From Eledone cirrhosa (lineage: Eukaryota), in contig OZ024742.1 in NCBI GenBank assembly GCA_964016885.1, forward strand, positions 250,728,001 to 250,792,000: a stretch of 64,000 nucleotides of DNA. The letters are read 5' to 3'. The notes beneath the pieces were generated by a model, which saw only the letters and a list, made by a program, of their open reading frames with translations, had not been told where the DNA came from and ran no database searches. Shown one piece after another: positions 1 through 13,495 of this stretch (its first letter is position 1; the number at the start of each line of letters is the position of its first letter). The position numbers and the translations under genes were made by a program.

Positions 1-73
1 CCTCTACCGATACTGCCAATCCACCGCCTTCTAAAATAATGCTTTCCACATACATATAAATGCATGGTTAAAT

Positions 74-262
74 AATTGTTTGTTTCAACTTTTGGTACAA
101 GGCCAGCAATTATCCCAGTGCATTACTGGTACTTTATTTTATCAACACCGTAAGGATTAAAGGCAAAGTTAACCTCGGTGGGATTTGAACGCAGACCATA
201 AAGGGCCGTAACTCTATGCTGCAAAGCATGGTGTCCGACCCTCTACCGATACTGCCAATCCA
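74..262 (-). mobile_element. tRNA-derived SINE, family A (central GCCTTTCATCC..GTCGATAAAATAAAGTACCAG domain, (ATT)n tail)
   Basis: Reverse complement of the element repeated at 7103-7340, 10005-10668 and 62328-62511; B-box-like G(A/C)GTTCAAATCC. Confidence 0.8.
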
Positions 263-639
263 TGTGCATAGTAAAATAATGCACCATATATACACACATT
301 TATAGTAAAAGAAAATGTACCACATAAACACACGTTATGCATCCTGAGGGTATGAAAAGCAAAGATGGCGTCAACGGGATTCAAACTCAGAATGTAATGA
401 ACTGTAACTAAATACTGCCAGACATTTTGTATGACACTAACAATTCTGCCCGATCTACTCCAATGCCCTACATCAAAACAAAAACACCCAACACAAAATA
501 ACCAACAGTATTCACAGAATTTAAATAAGTCAGCAGCAGTGAAACAATATGCTGCTACAAACACACAAACAGACACTCTTGAATTAAATAATACCCAACA
601 CCACATATTCAGCAGTATTCCTGGATGAAAAGAACTTCG

Positions 640-1100
640 TTGCTTTGATCCTTAAACCTATCACCCTCACCCTGCCCCTTTGATCTTTAAATTTATCTCT
701 ATTACCCTATTCCTCTCGTCCTTAAAGTTACCTCCCTTTCCCTGTCCCTCTGATCCTTAAACTTATCTCATTTCCCTGTCACTTTAATCCTCAGAATTAT
801 CTTCTTTTCCCCATCCCCTTTATCCTTACACTTATTTCCCTATCCCTTCGATCCTTAAACTTATCTCCCTTTCTCATTCCTTAAACTTTTCTCCATTTTC
901 CCTGCCCCTTTAATCCTTCAACTTCCCTCCTTTTCTTCTTGTTCCTTTGATCCTTCAAATTCCCTCCCTTTCCTTGTTGCTTTGATCCCTAAATTTATCT
1001 CCCGTTCCCTGTTGCTTGGATCCTTTAAATTATCTCCCTTTCCCCGTTGCTTTGATCCTTAAACTTATCTCCCTTTCCCCAGCTCCTTTGATTCTTAACA
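640..1100. repeat. Pyrimidine-rich ~35-bp minisatellite, about 13 degenerate copies
   Basis: Recurring TTGATCCTTAAACTTATCTCCCTTTCCC(C/T)GTTGCT unit. Confidence 0.8.
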
Positions 1101-2684
1101 CAAATAAAATTAAGATTTTTCATCTGGAGTTGTGCAAACATCTGTACTAAACAAATGCACAGTCTTGCTAGCAGCTAAAACTATTGTTAGAGACTGCCAC
1201 CTCCATCACCGCCACCAATGACAACATCACCGCAACCACCACTACTGCCACCACACCACCATGTTTTTCTTTGTCTATTATTTTCTATTCTAATATTATC
1301 TGCCAATATAAATAAGTAGTTTGATGTTACCAGATCCTGAAAGAATAACCTTGCCTTACCTCATGCATACATACATGTATATGTGTGTGCGTGTATATGT
1401 GTGTGCGTGTGTGTGTGTAGAGAGAGAGAGAATCAACTAAGGAACAGAACATAGAGGAGATTCAATTGAGAAAAGAAATGAGTTGAAATGTTAGTGTATA
1501 TATAAATATATATAAACATGCACACAAATTTATAGACACACGCACACATATTCAGAAATAGATGGCAGTGACTTTGAAGTTTCAGTGTTACCACTTCATC
1601 TCACTTTCATCCAAACAGCTCACTCCAAATCTAATATGCATCTGTTCAGGCTTTGAGGTGACTCTAGGCTCTGTGTTTATAGGTACCCTGCAGCAAGGTG
1701 AATTAAAATCAATTGTTGCATTACTTATAAGTAATTTTCAAGGGCAGCGAATTGGCAGAGTCATTAAAACGTTGGATAGAATGCTTTGCAGTGATCATTC
1801 TAGTTCTCTCTGTTCTCTGAGTTCAAATCCTGCTGAAGCCAACTTTGCCTTTCAACATTTTGAAGTCGATAAAAAAAATACGAGTCAAGTACGGGGTTCG
1901 ATTCTGCTTCTATATCTTTCTCATTTCCTCTCTCTTCTTCTCTGGAAGAAATTGGTTGTGTTCAGACCTAATGAGGGTGTAGATTCTTGCAAGTTTAAAG
2001 TGACTAAAAAATGTTGTATGTCATGTCAGTGACCCTATGACACAACCAGGAGTTTTGTGTCCAGACATACATAAAAGATTAGAGACCAGGCCCAAATGTT
2101 TACAATAGAGTGGAGTCTTTGTGCGCACTTTGAGTTCAAAATCCACTGAGTTCAATTTTGCCTTTTATTCTCTCAAGACCGAAAAATAATGTACCACTCC
2201 AGTACTGCCGCTGATTCTTCCTCTATGTCTCTTTATCACATCCTCTCTCCCTCTTTCTATGGAAGAAATCAGCTGTGTTCAGACATAGAGAGTGATGGGT
2301 TCCAGCAGATTTTAAATGTCCAAGACAATGGCAGTCCCATGATTTAATCAGGATTTAAGGGTCCACGAATGAGCCTCACTTAAGGCACATCAATGGCCGA
2401 GTGATGATGTTAAACTGGGTGATAGATTAAATCTTTCACAAACGCCACCTGCTTTTCACACACACACACATACCTACATGCATACATATATATATCGAAG
2501 CCTTGGAGTGGGGAGACCCAAGACATCCTGGGATGAGGTGATAAAAGCTAACCTTGCCCAATTGCAGCTCTCAAAGGTGATGACACAGGACCAAGACCTC
2601 TGGCATTACACAGTAATTCAGAAGACCTGACTTCCCATAGGTACAAGCCGAAGCTGAAGCATATATACAGTTTGCCCCTAACCC

Positions 2685-2950
2685 CCTCCCACTGTAAAGT
2701 GGTCGTGTAGGTGTCACCACAAAAAGCACCCAGTCCACGTGGTCGTGTAGGCGCCTCGGTAAAAAAGCACCCAGTACTCACTGTAAATGAGGTTGGTGTC
2801 AGGAAGGGCATCCAGCTGTAGAAATCAAGCCAAAATCAGTTCTGTATGAGCAAGACATGGTCACCTGACCTGGCATTGCACACAACAGGACAACCCGTCT
2901 AACTCACGCTAGCATGGAAGAATGGACATAAAATGGTGATGAAGATGATG
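2685..2950 (+). mobile_element. RTE-type 3' tail (SINE family B tail or short LINE 3' fragment)
   Basis: CACTGTAAATGAGGTTGGTGTCAGGAAGGGCATCCAGCTGTAGAAA...GCTAGCATGGAAG..GGAC..AAA(TGA)n matches the RTE 3' UTR at 60650-60849. Confidence 0.8.
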
Positions 2951-3044
2951 ATATATATATGCTAATACATAAACATGTGTATATATGTGTGTGTGTGTGT
3001 GTGTGTATATGCATATATGTCTGTGTATGTATACATTTATGTAC

Positions 3045-3080
<36 letters not shown>

Positions 3081-4604
3081 GTACATAAATGCATACATAC
3101 ACGCCCATATATATATATATGGCTGTGTGTGTGAATAATGTGGGTCAACAACTTAATTAAACAGACACAGGCAGGTAGATGGAGAGTAAAGGGCAAGTAT
3201 CTAGGTACCCCCACCCCCTGTTTGAAACACGGGGTTGGTCGGTGGATGGTTGAGGTACAAAAGTGAGGGGGAGAGAGATGGAGTAGAGGGACTATTGAGG
3301 GTGGGGGGAGAGGAACATGAGGTAACTTGTTTATTAGTTGAGAAACAAATAAGTATTGGGAACGGGGTGGGAGAGAGAGAGTGAGAGAAATGATAAAGAG
3401 AGAGATAAGTGAGGAAAGAAGAAGTGGGGGTGAGTGAGAGAGAGTGAAACACTGAGAGAATGGGAGAAGGATAGAGATAGATATGATAAAGAAAGAGGAG
3501 AGGATAAGTGGGGCAGATAGAGTGAAAGACAGAAAGAATGAGAGAGGAATAGAGAGAGATATAAGTGGTAAAGAGAGAGAGGGATAAAGACAGATAAACA
3601 GAAATGTTAGAGAGGGAGGAGAGAATGTTTTAAAATGAGATAGAGAGATGGTGGGGAGGACATAATGATAGAGAGAGAGAGAAAGAAGAGAGTATAAAGA
3701 GAGGGGAAAAGAACATGTGATGAGGCAGACAAAACCTGCTGTGGAGAGAGAGGTGGAGAGAAGAGGAGGGGAAGGTGGTAGATTAATGGAAAGATTTACT
3801 GGGGGTTATTATTGCAGTAGCAGCAGTAGTAATATTAGCAACAACAGCAGTTAATTAGTGCAAGACACACACATGTTAATTGGCAGCAGATGGTGTCTCT
3901 CCTTGTGGTACACAGAGACATAGACACAGACATGGAGGATGGGAGTAGAGGGGGGAGGAGTCAAATATCAGGAAGTGTCTCAGCTATTTATTTGGTTACA
4001 CTCAGCCATAGCACTACTATTACACAGATCTAGGGCTAAGCACTGCCCCACCCTCACCACCGCCACCTTTCGCCAGTCTTAAGAGGTATTCATGTACCCA
4101 GCAAGATTGAAGAGTTCTCAAACCCATTTGGTTACCAACCACTTTACAGAGAGAACTAGGTGCATTTTATTGTAAAACCAATGATAGATAAGTTGTCAAG
4201 TCCTAAATGTTGCATATTGCAATAGATAAACATGGTTAGAAAAATCTCACTATTGTTTCAAGAATTTTAACATGATTTTAAAACTAGAACTTAAAGATAT
4301 TAACAATTTAAAAAGTTTATTAAAAATCAATGTTTTGTCACAGTAACTGTTTAGAAAATAGAATTTACCAAAAATGACAGACACAAAATAGTTTGGTATT
4401 CTGCAACATAGATGAATTATAAATATACAATGTATTCATATTCTGAGTTCAAATCCCGTCGAAGTTAACTTTGCCTTTCGTCCTTACGGGGTTGATAAAA
4501 TAAAGTACCAGTAATGTATTGGCTAATTGCTGGCCTTGTGCCAAAAGTAGAAACAATTATATAGACATAGCAAAGGATGCAGTGTTTAAAACTAAAATTA
4601 TCTT

Positions 4605-5116
4605 TGTTAACCATTTCTAGTGAAAGACACTGCCTATGATTTTCAAACCATTTTGAAAGTAATCAAGAATTTGGAGTAATTAAATTAAAGATGCTTACAT
4701 AACATTATGATGGAAGATTTTTAGATAAATGTAAAAACTTTAACCCTTTCTTACCATATTTCTAATAAAAGATGTGGTGCTTATGATTTTGAAATAATTT
4801 TGAAAATAATTAGGAATTTTGTATGATTTATTAACTAATTTTCTCATAATCAAGCTGTTTTTTTGGAACAAATTATGATGGAAGGTCTTTATATAAATAT
4901 AAAGACTTTAACCTGGCTGTATCCGCCCAGAATTCTCTCCTCTCTTTCTATTCAAACTGGCTGTATCTAGCCATTCATACTGATGTTAAGGTATTGTTAT
5001 AAAATAAATATCAAAATCTCATAGATTTGATATTATGTGAGATATTATATGCAATAAAGCCTTTACTGTGAAAATATAATAGTAAATATAGAGTAATGTA
5101 AATGCTAAAGGGCTAA
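4605..5116 (+). mobile_element. Degenerate TTAA-type MITE pieces; 4908-5116 is a left-truncated copy of the MITE at 54452-54680
   Basis: TTAACCC(T/A)TTTC starts at ~4607 and ~4740; internal sequence and the AATGCTAAAGGG end are shared with 54456-54676. Confidence 0.6.
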
Positions 5117-7102
5117 CAGTTTTGTATTATAGAAACAGGGATGGTTTCAGATGGGTTGGTATCAAAAAGGTTTAGTAACAAAATATGCCAAGTCCTTGTG
5201 ATGATGTGGCGAAGCAGATTTTGGCAAAGATGTTTTACTAAGGAAATTTTCATGTTACATGAAGAATTGAAGAATGGTAGAACTGAGGCATGGCAGATGA
5301 AGGAGGGTTTGTATAGGGTGATAGTGAGTAAAAGAAGCAATGGAATTGTAGCGAAGTATTAACTGAGTAGAATACATGAGAGAGGGTAAGATAGATTGAG
5401 GATAGATAGAGAGATTAAAGAATAGAGAAGGAGAGACAGATTGACAGAAATACAGACAGATTGAAGCATAGACAATGATGGATAAACAGACAGGGGCAAA
5501 GAAATGGGTGGATTGAAGGACGGACAGACAGATAAATAGATAGAGAGATTTAAAGACTCTGCATGAAACATCAAAATTCATGTTAGCCCATGGCATTCAA
5601 ACTTATATGTAATTGTGTACAGCACAATCTTTTGCCAGACAAACCATCACTATTTCCTTCAGACTATAAAGAATGATTAATAAGCCACAGTGAATTGTAA
5701 ACAAGATGAGGCTAGACTCTAGAAACAGATGACTTCCTTGTTGTATATATTGACATAGATTTTCAACAGTTACCAACCCAATAGATTGTTATTAGTTCAC
5801 TATAATAACCTTGCTGTAACAGGATGGATAGTAAATCAGTTTGACATATCACCTACAGATTTCCTAGTAGCAACTTAGAAGGTCATTGGCCCACATCAAA
5901 CAAAAAATAAATAATAATAAAAAAAGCTGGATGTTTTATTAGTGAAATATTGAAATGATGAAATACTATGCCTGTCACCTTAAACAAAATACAGATCTAA
6001 AGTATTAACATTTATCAGATAGTCTCATGTGAAACATTATCTCTGTGTGTCTGCCTGCTCATGCTTCTGTGTTATTCTGTGTATATGTGTCTGCCTGTCT
6101 ATCTGTCAATGTGTTTCTATGTCTGTCTCATTGTGTGTCTATCTGTCAGCATGGTAACTGTCTTTAGGACTACAAGTGTCTAGCTCCAGCTAGCTGCTAT
6201 CCCACTGATACTGATCAGATCAAGTTGTGTAATTTTAGAGGGGTACAATAGATAGAAAGTACAAAGGTTTGATAAGAGATCAGTCATCATGAGTGAGGGT
6301 GGGGCGTTTAGTGTCATCTCATAAATATCATCATCATCATTAACAAATCATTGGATTGGCAGAATCAATAGAGCATCAAACAAAATGATTTTCAGTATTT
6401 AGTTATGACACTTTATACTATGAGTTCAAATCCTGCTGAAGTCAATTTTGTCTTTCATCCTTCTAGCATCATCATCAGCATCACCATTTTACACCCATTT
6501 TGCTATGCTTGCATAACTAGCTGGTTTGGGATTTCTTTATCCCAGCTTCCCACCATTTGTTTCAATTACTGGGGTCAATTTAATCAATTCCCTGAAAAAA
6601 TTATCATTTATGGTGTTGTGTCAAAATTAGAAACAATTACTATTATTGAAATTCTGCTGAGTTCAATATTGCCTATCATCCTTCCAAGGTCAATAAAATA
6701 AAGTACCTGTGAAATACTGGGGAGTGATGTAATCAACATCCTCCCTTCCCCTCCAAATCATTGATCTTGTGCCTAAATTAGAAATCATTATTAATATTTT
6801 TCTGATTAGTCTTTGGGACTTTGAGCTTGTGCTGCAATTAGAAATCCTTCTGTCATGACATTTAGTTGAGCACCATTTCACCAGTTTTGTAAATATTGCT
6901 TGTGCATGTCTACTTCCTCTCTATTTAGCTTTTTCAGGTATTGGCCATGTATAGGTGGTGGTGGTGGTGGGGGGGGGGGGTTCTTGCCATCGTTTTAGCA
7001 TGACATTCTAGAGATCTGTTTTCAATTTAGATTTTATCATTTTTACCATTTCTGTTGTTTCTTCTTTTTTTCATATATTATTATTATTATTATTACTTAT
7101 AT

Positions 7103-7340
7103 AAGGGCGGTGGATTGGCAGAATCGGTAGAGCGTCAGACAACATGCTTAGCGGCATAGAATTATGGCGCTTTACATTCTGTGTTCAAATACTCCCGAAG
7201 TTAGCTTTGCCTTCCATCATCATTACAGAATCAATAAAATAAAGCACCAGTAATGCACTGGGGTTGATTTGGTCGACTTTCCCCTTCCCTCCAAGTTGCT
7301 GGCCTTGTGCCTAAAGCAGAAACAATTATTATTATTACTA
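7103..7340 (+). mobile_element. Full-length SINE, family A
   Basis: GGCGGTGGATTGGCAGAATCGGTAGAGC head (A-box-like), GTTCAAAT B-box, conserved body, GGCCTTGTGCC..AGAAACAATTATTATT tail. Confidence 0.85.
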
Positions 7341-7499
7341 TTATGCAGGTTTTATACAATTTCTTGTCACATAATTACCTACGACCTGGGACAACAGAAG
7401 GTAAATGAATGAGAACTTGCTTTCAGCTACTTGCATGGGGGTGTACTATTATTTTCAGGGAGAAATGTGTTTTGTATACACACACACGCACATATATAT

Positions 7500-7700
7500 A
7501 TAAGAAAATGAGGGGGGGGGTCAAAATGAAAAAAAAAGAGATGTCCTACACGAGTGAAAGTATAAGGGAAAAAAGATGAAATCGAAAATGCAACTGGAGT
7601 CTTTTTAAGAATATTTATTTGTTTCCTTTACCGATTTCACAGTTCTTATGCTTTTCAAAAGTAGAATTGAGATGGAGGGTTTGTGGTTTTTCTCGCATAT
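7500..7700 (-). mobile_element. Dispersed repeat carrying a hammerhead-like variant; sister copy at 37660-37805 (+)
   Basis: About 140 bp near-identical in reverse complement to 37660-37805; both copies abut (TA)n. Confidence 0.7.
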
Positions 7701-7752
7701 ATATATATATAATTCAATATTCAAAAAAAATCAAGGGTATGAAATTATTATT

Positions 7753-7932
7753 TATTTCAGGGCTACTCTCCCTTTTCAGATGCAAAGGTGAAACAGTCCA
7801 AGACAAAGCAAATGAATGATTAGAGTTTTCAGAGGTTTTCTTCCTAACTGGTCCTGAAAACTCTAATTGTTCATTTATTTTGTCTTGGACTGTTTCAGCT
7901 TTGCATCTGAAAAGAGGGTTAGTCCTGAAATA
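7753..7932. repeat. Long imperfect inverted repeat (~80-bp arms, ~21-nt loop)
   Basis: TATTTCAGGGCTA...TAGAGTTTTCAG (7753-7832) pairs with CTGAAAACTCTAA...AGTCCTGAAATA (7854-7932). Confidence 0.9.
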
Positions 7933-10004
7933 TCATACCAAAATACACTGGGTAAAATGTTACTTCGTTTTGTTTTGTTTCATTTACCATCATTTGTCCT
8001 TCGTATTTTCTACCACATTGTACTGGCTTTAAAAAAAACTTATCGGTGATTTACTATAGATAAATAATAACTTGGTGTTGAATATATATGAAGTAAAGAG
8101 ATATATAAAGTATTGTTTAGATTAAGTGTAGAATGTCAACTTTTAAGGCAAAAATTTTAAAGACTCCCTTCAATCACCAATAACCATGGGATTTGTATCT
8201 AGAAAGTTCCCCTCTGAGGCACAAGCCTTGGCAAGGTGTTTTTGTGGAAGATTAGCAGTAGCCCATACATACCAGTCTCTACTTTTCCATACCACCGATA
8301 TTGTTAAAAGGAAAAGCAACAGTGAGATCACAACTCATTTCTAAAACTGAGTGAGCTGGAGCAACATGAAATATAGTGTCTTATTAAAGGACAAAACGCA
8401 TCGCCTAGTCCAGAAACTGGATTCCAATCTCACGATTGTGAATCCAACTCTCTAACCACTAAGACTGTTAAGGTATGTTGTGTTAATTTACAGGTACTCT
8501 GTAAATCATACTTAGATAGAGAGGGCTCTTTATAGAATAGGTGCAAAGTAGTAAATACTATTTTTTTTTTATTTTCTTTCACACCTAACGCCCCTATGAA
8601 GAGTGGAACTATTTTTGTTGTGTTATTATTATCATATTATCATTAGTCTTATTTTTTATTGTGTGCTGTCACTGCATCGCTGAGCACGACTGTGCATCTT
8701 GGGTATGTGCAGTATTGTTTGTTTGTTGTTTCTATTGTATTGAAAGAGAGAAGGGGAGACAGATTGTGAGAGAGAGAGAAGAGTAAGAGAGAGAGTGAGT
8801 GGATGAGTGGAAGAGAAAGAGAGTGAATGAGAGGGAGCGAAAGAGAGTGAATGAGAGGGAGAGAAAGAGAGTGAATGAGAGGGAGAGAAAGAGAGTGAAT
8901 GAGAGGGAGAGAAAGAGTGAAAGAAAGAGAAGCAAACAGATAGAGACATTGAGAAAGAAAGAGAAGCAAACAGATAGAGACATTGAGAAAGGGAGAGATA
9001 GAGACATTGAGAAAGGGAGAGAGAGAGACAAAAGCAAACACATATTCAAACAATGAGAAAGAAAAGTAATGCAAGAGAAGCAAATAGATATAGTAAGAGA
9101 AAGAGATACACACACAAACAGAGGGGGAGAGAGTGAGACAGAGACAAGCAGACTATATAGTTATGATGGACATTTCACAGTAATAGTAATGTAGATGTGT
9201 GAGATGGAAATAGGTGATTAAGATAAATATGGCAGCTGTAGCAATAGGGCTAACACATGTCTACATCTGTGTGTGTGTGTATGAGTGTGCACGTTTCTGT
9301 GTGTGTAATGGCTGCTATATGTCTACATCTGTTTGTGTGTGTAAGGGCAGCCACATGAGTATATTTTGTGCGCGCGCGCGTGTGTGAGTGTGTGTGTATG
9401 TCTGCCACATGTACATCTGTGTATACACACCACACTGCAATAGCACCTATATCACAGTTAGTGAAGTAATGCTATATATTTAGCTTATAAGAGAATATAT
9501 GGTGATGGTATGAAATAACTACAGATGAGGTGACATACGTGTAGTGAATATGATGCCTTTGGTCCACCATACCAGTTGGTACTAATACAAAAAGGGTACA
9601 GTCAAGTTGTATGAGGAAGAGACCTGTCATACAGTGACAGTCTTCTGATTAGGCTCATAAAAATAACTTAGTTACCACACCATGTCCCTTCTCAATGCAT
9701 CATCATCACCATTTAGCATCTGTTTTCCCTGCTAAACTAGTCCGTACTTAATCAGAGCTACTGAACACTCATTTACATAGATTTCCACATTTCACAGAGT
9801 GTGCTGGGTAAGTTTTATTGTGGTACCAGCACAAGGGAGTTTGTCATGTCTTTGACATAAATAAAGAGTCCTCATGACCCTTTATTTGGCAAGTTTTCTA
9901 CAGTTCGGTGCCTTTCCTATCACCAACCAACAAGATGTATCATTTATAGATTTGGCAGATACTTTGGTATTAGTTAAGAGAAAAACAGATTATTATTATT
10001 ATTA

Positions 10005-11750
10005 TAAGGGTGCTGGGTTGGCAGTATCGGTAGAGTGTCAGACACCATGATTTGTAGCATAGGGTTGTGGCCCTTTATGTTCTGAGATAGAATCCTACCG
10101 AGGATGGCTTTGCCTTTCATCCTTATGGGGTCAATAAAATAAAGCACCAGTGAAGCACTGGGGTCGATTTAATCGACTTTTCCCTCCCCCAAATTACTGG
10201 CCTTGTGCCTATAGTAGAAATCATTATTATTATTATTATTAAGGGCAGTAGATCAGCAGAATCGATAGAGCATCGGACACCATGCTTTGCAGCATAAAGT
10301 TACGGTCCTTTACAGTCGAGTTCAAATCCCGCCAAGGTTAGCTTTGCCTTTCATCCTTACAGGGGTTGATAAAATAAAACACCAGTAATGCACTGGGGTT
10401 GATTTAATCGACTTTCCCCTCTTCCCAAATTGCTGGCCTTGTGCCTATAGTAGAAATGATTAGTATTATTATAAAGGGTGGTGAATTGGCAGTAACAGTA
10501 GATGGTTGGACGCCATGCTTTCTAGCATAGTTACATCTCTTTAGAGTCTGAGTTCAAATCCCGCCGAGGTTAACTTTGCCTTTCATCCTTACGGAGTCGA
10601 TAAAATAAAGTACCAGTAATGTACTGGGTAATTGCTGGCCTTGTGCCTAAAGTAGAAACAATTATTATAAAGAACTGATTGAAAAGATTCCAGGCCTCAT
10701 TTGCTTATCGATTGGGGTGAAGTTTGTCAAATAGGACCATAGAAACAGTGGTCTTTCCATTGCTGCTGCTGCTAACTACCAGCTGCGACTATTGACAGAA
10801 GGAGCAACATGAAATAAAGTGTTTTGCTCAAGGACATAATGCATCAACCAGTGTGAAAATCAAACTCACAACCTCACAATTGCAAATCCAATTCTCTAAC
10901 AACTAAGCCGTGTACTTCTTTCACTATTATTATTCTGTCTATTAAAGGGTGGTGGACTGGAAAAATCAGAGCATTGGAGAAAATGCTTTGCAACTATTAG
11001 TTATGTCACATTGTATTCTGAGTTCAAATCCTGCTCAGGTAAAATTTGCCTTTCACCCTTCCAGGATTGATAAAATAAAATAATTGTTTCTACTTTAGGC
11101 ACAAGGCCAGCAATTACCCAGTGCATTACTGGTACTTTATTTTATCTACCCCGTAAGGATGAAAGGCAAAGTCAACCTCGGCGGGATTTGAACTCAGATC
11201 GTAAAGGGACGTAACTATGCCATTGATAAAATAAAATAATTGTTTCTACTTTTGGCACAAGGCCAGCAATTACCCAGTACATTACTGGTTCTTTATTTTA
11301 TCGACCCCGTAAGGATGAAAGGCAAAGTCAACCTCGGCGGGATTTGAACTCAGGCCGTAAAGGGACGTAACTATGCTGGAAAGCAATGTACTGAGATCAG
11401 ACTAATCAATTTTCCTCTCCCTCCAAATTGTTGGCCATGTGCCTAAATTAGAAACCATTATTGATAATTGTTTCTACTTTTGGCACAAGGCCAGCAATTA
11501 TCCAGTACATTACTGGTACTTTATTTTATGAAAGGCAAAGTTGACCTCAACGGGATTTGAACTCAGACCGTAAAGGGACATAACTATCCTAGAAAGGATG
11601 GCATGCAACCCTCCACCGATACTGCCAATTCACTGCCCTATTGATAATTGTTTCTACTTTTGGCACAAGGCCAGCAATTACCCAGTACATTACTGGTACT
11701 TTATTTTATCGACCCCGTAAGGATGAAAGGCAAAGTTAACCTCGGTGGGA
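10005..11750. mobile_element. Cluster of at least 8 family-A SINE copies (about 4 on +, then about 4 on -) plus a family-B head remnant
   Basis: + copies ~10005, 10241, 10475, 10945; - copies ~11082, 11237, 11465, 11645; tRNA-head remnant at 10800-10915. Confidence 0.85.
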
Positions 11751-12592
11751 TAAATATGATCTATGTCTTAAGTCTCAACAAGGAACTTAGATATAGTTTG
11801 TTTTCATGAGTATATGAGCACTGTCCAACAGGGCAGTCTTTTGTAGGAGAGCAATTTGTGACTTGAGTTCTATTTGCTTGAAATAACCTTTGAGTATTAG
11901 GTGTCCTTTTGCCATCATGGACCACCACCTTCATGCACCAAGACTGAGCAGAGCTTGATTTTCCACCTTGAGTCCAGGTTTCCTAATGAACTCAGCTCCC
12001 CTCCACAATTTCTTTAATCTATATTTAGCTTTGCACACATGCTCCTACCTTATCCGCACACATTCACCCCTATGTCATGGTCATAAATACACTCACAGTT
12101 TTGTACAGACCAACAACAAACAAGCACATACACACACTCTTAAACTTATATACACTTAGAGCTTCATACAAACAACACACATGCACACACACACATACAT
12201 ATCCACTCTAAATATAAAAGGATTTTTTTTATTTTTCAACGTGATATGGACTCCTTCCATCACAATCTTTCAAAAGATGGCCAACTGAACTTCTTATACC
12301 AAAAACGTTCTTAACAGTTTTCCAAGAGATGGCAAAGTGAACAGACCTTTTCTCAGAGAAATTATTTTCATTTCTACCCTTGCTCCCTCTCATTTATCCT
12401 TCTATTTCCTCTTTAATTTCTCATTCTATATTCTAATGAAGGACTAGCATCCAAAACACTAAGACTATTCCGACTATATTAAATGTGAAACTAATAGATA
12501 TTCATTGAACCTCATCTGTTGTGGCTTTCTATATACTTTTCACATACATGTGTGTGTATATATTATTTATATATATATTTTTCATTTTCATT

Positions 12593-12918
12593 TCATTTTA
12601 TGTCCACTTTTCCCTGCTTGCAAGGGTGAGACGGAAACTGATGCTGGCTTGATTTCTACAGCTGGATGCCCTTCCTAACACCAACCTCATTTACAGTGAG
12701 TGCTGGGTGCTTTTTTCCGTGGCACCTCCACGACCACTTTGCAGTGAAATGATAGGGACCCCTGGCTCTATCATCTCATTTTTACAGCTGAGTAAACTGG
12801 AGGAAGGTGAAATAAAGTGTCTTGCTCAAGGAAACAACACATCACCCGGTCTGAGAATTGAACTCACAACCTTTCGATTGCAAGGCCAATGCTCTAACCA
12901 CTAAGCCATGTGCCTCCA
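12593..12918 (-). mobile_element. SINE family B (tRNA head, CCTTGAGCAAGACACTTT core-like domain, RTE tail)
   Basis: Reverse complement begins GGAGGCACATGGCTTAGTGGTTAGAGC...GAGTTCAATTC; homologous to 55395-55790. Confidence 0.85.
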
Positions 12919-12937
12919 TTTATATATATATATATAT

Positions 12938-13153
12938 ATTAGAAAATATATAGCTTTCACCGTATTTTTGACTAAAGGAATTTTTAGCTTGATAACGGGG
13001 TTTAGAACCCTCAGATAAATGGAAAAAGATGAGTATTGACGTACATGTACGTCAATACTCATCTTTTTCCATTTATCTGAGGGTTCTAAACCCCGTTATC
13101 AAGCTAAAAATTCCTTTAGTCAAAAATACGGTGAAAGCTATATATTTTCTAAT
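12938..13153. repeat. Perfect 216-bp palindrome with no spacer
   Basis: 108-bp arms are exact reverse complements; centre GACGTACA|TGTACGTC at 13045/13046. Confidence 0.97.
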
Positions 13154-13188
13154 TTCAAACTCGCTCACTGTTTCAAAACATACTTACT

Positions 13189-13222
<34 letters not shown>

Positions 13223-13267
13223 TAGCGTGGAAGATGGACGTTAAACGATGATGATAATGATATATAT

Positions 13268-13495
13268 ATCATCATCATCAACACCGTTTTACATCCACTT
13301 TTCAATGCTAGCATGGGTTAGACAAGTTGTCCTGTTGTGTGCAATGCTAGGTCAGGTGACTGTATGTTGCTCATACAGAACTGATTTTGGCTTGGTTTCT
13401 ACAGCTGGATGCCCTTCCTAACACCAACCTCATTTACAGTGAGTACTGGGTGCTTTTTGTCATGACACCTACACAACCACTTCACAGTGTGGGCT
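13268..13495 (-). mobile_element. RTE-type 3' tail / SINE family B 3' part
   Basis: Reverse complement of the tail at 2685-2950 and 55600-55790. Confidence 0.8.

Noticed and set aside
1325-1362. Possible 6-nt microexon on the minus strand (TCTTTCAG|GATCTG|GTAACA)
   Set aside because: Short pyrimidine tract, weak donor and no clear branch point; compatible with chance.
1562-2032. 156-aa ORF
   Set aside because: Runs through a degraded family-A SINE; no protein-like features or splice context.
2378-2400. miR-124-like seed TAAGGCAC
   Set aside because: The match is limited to the seed and there is no precursor hairpin.
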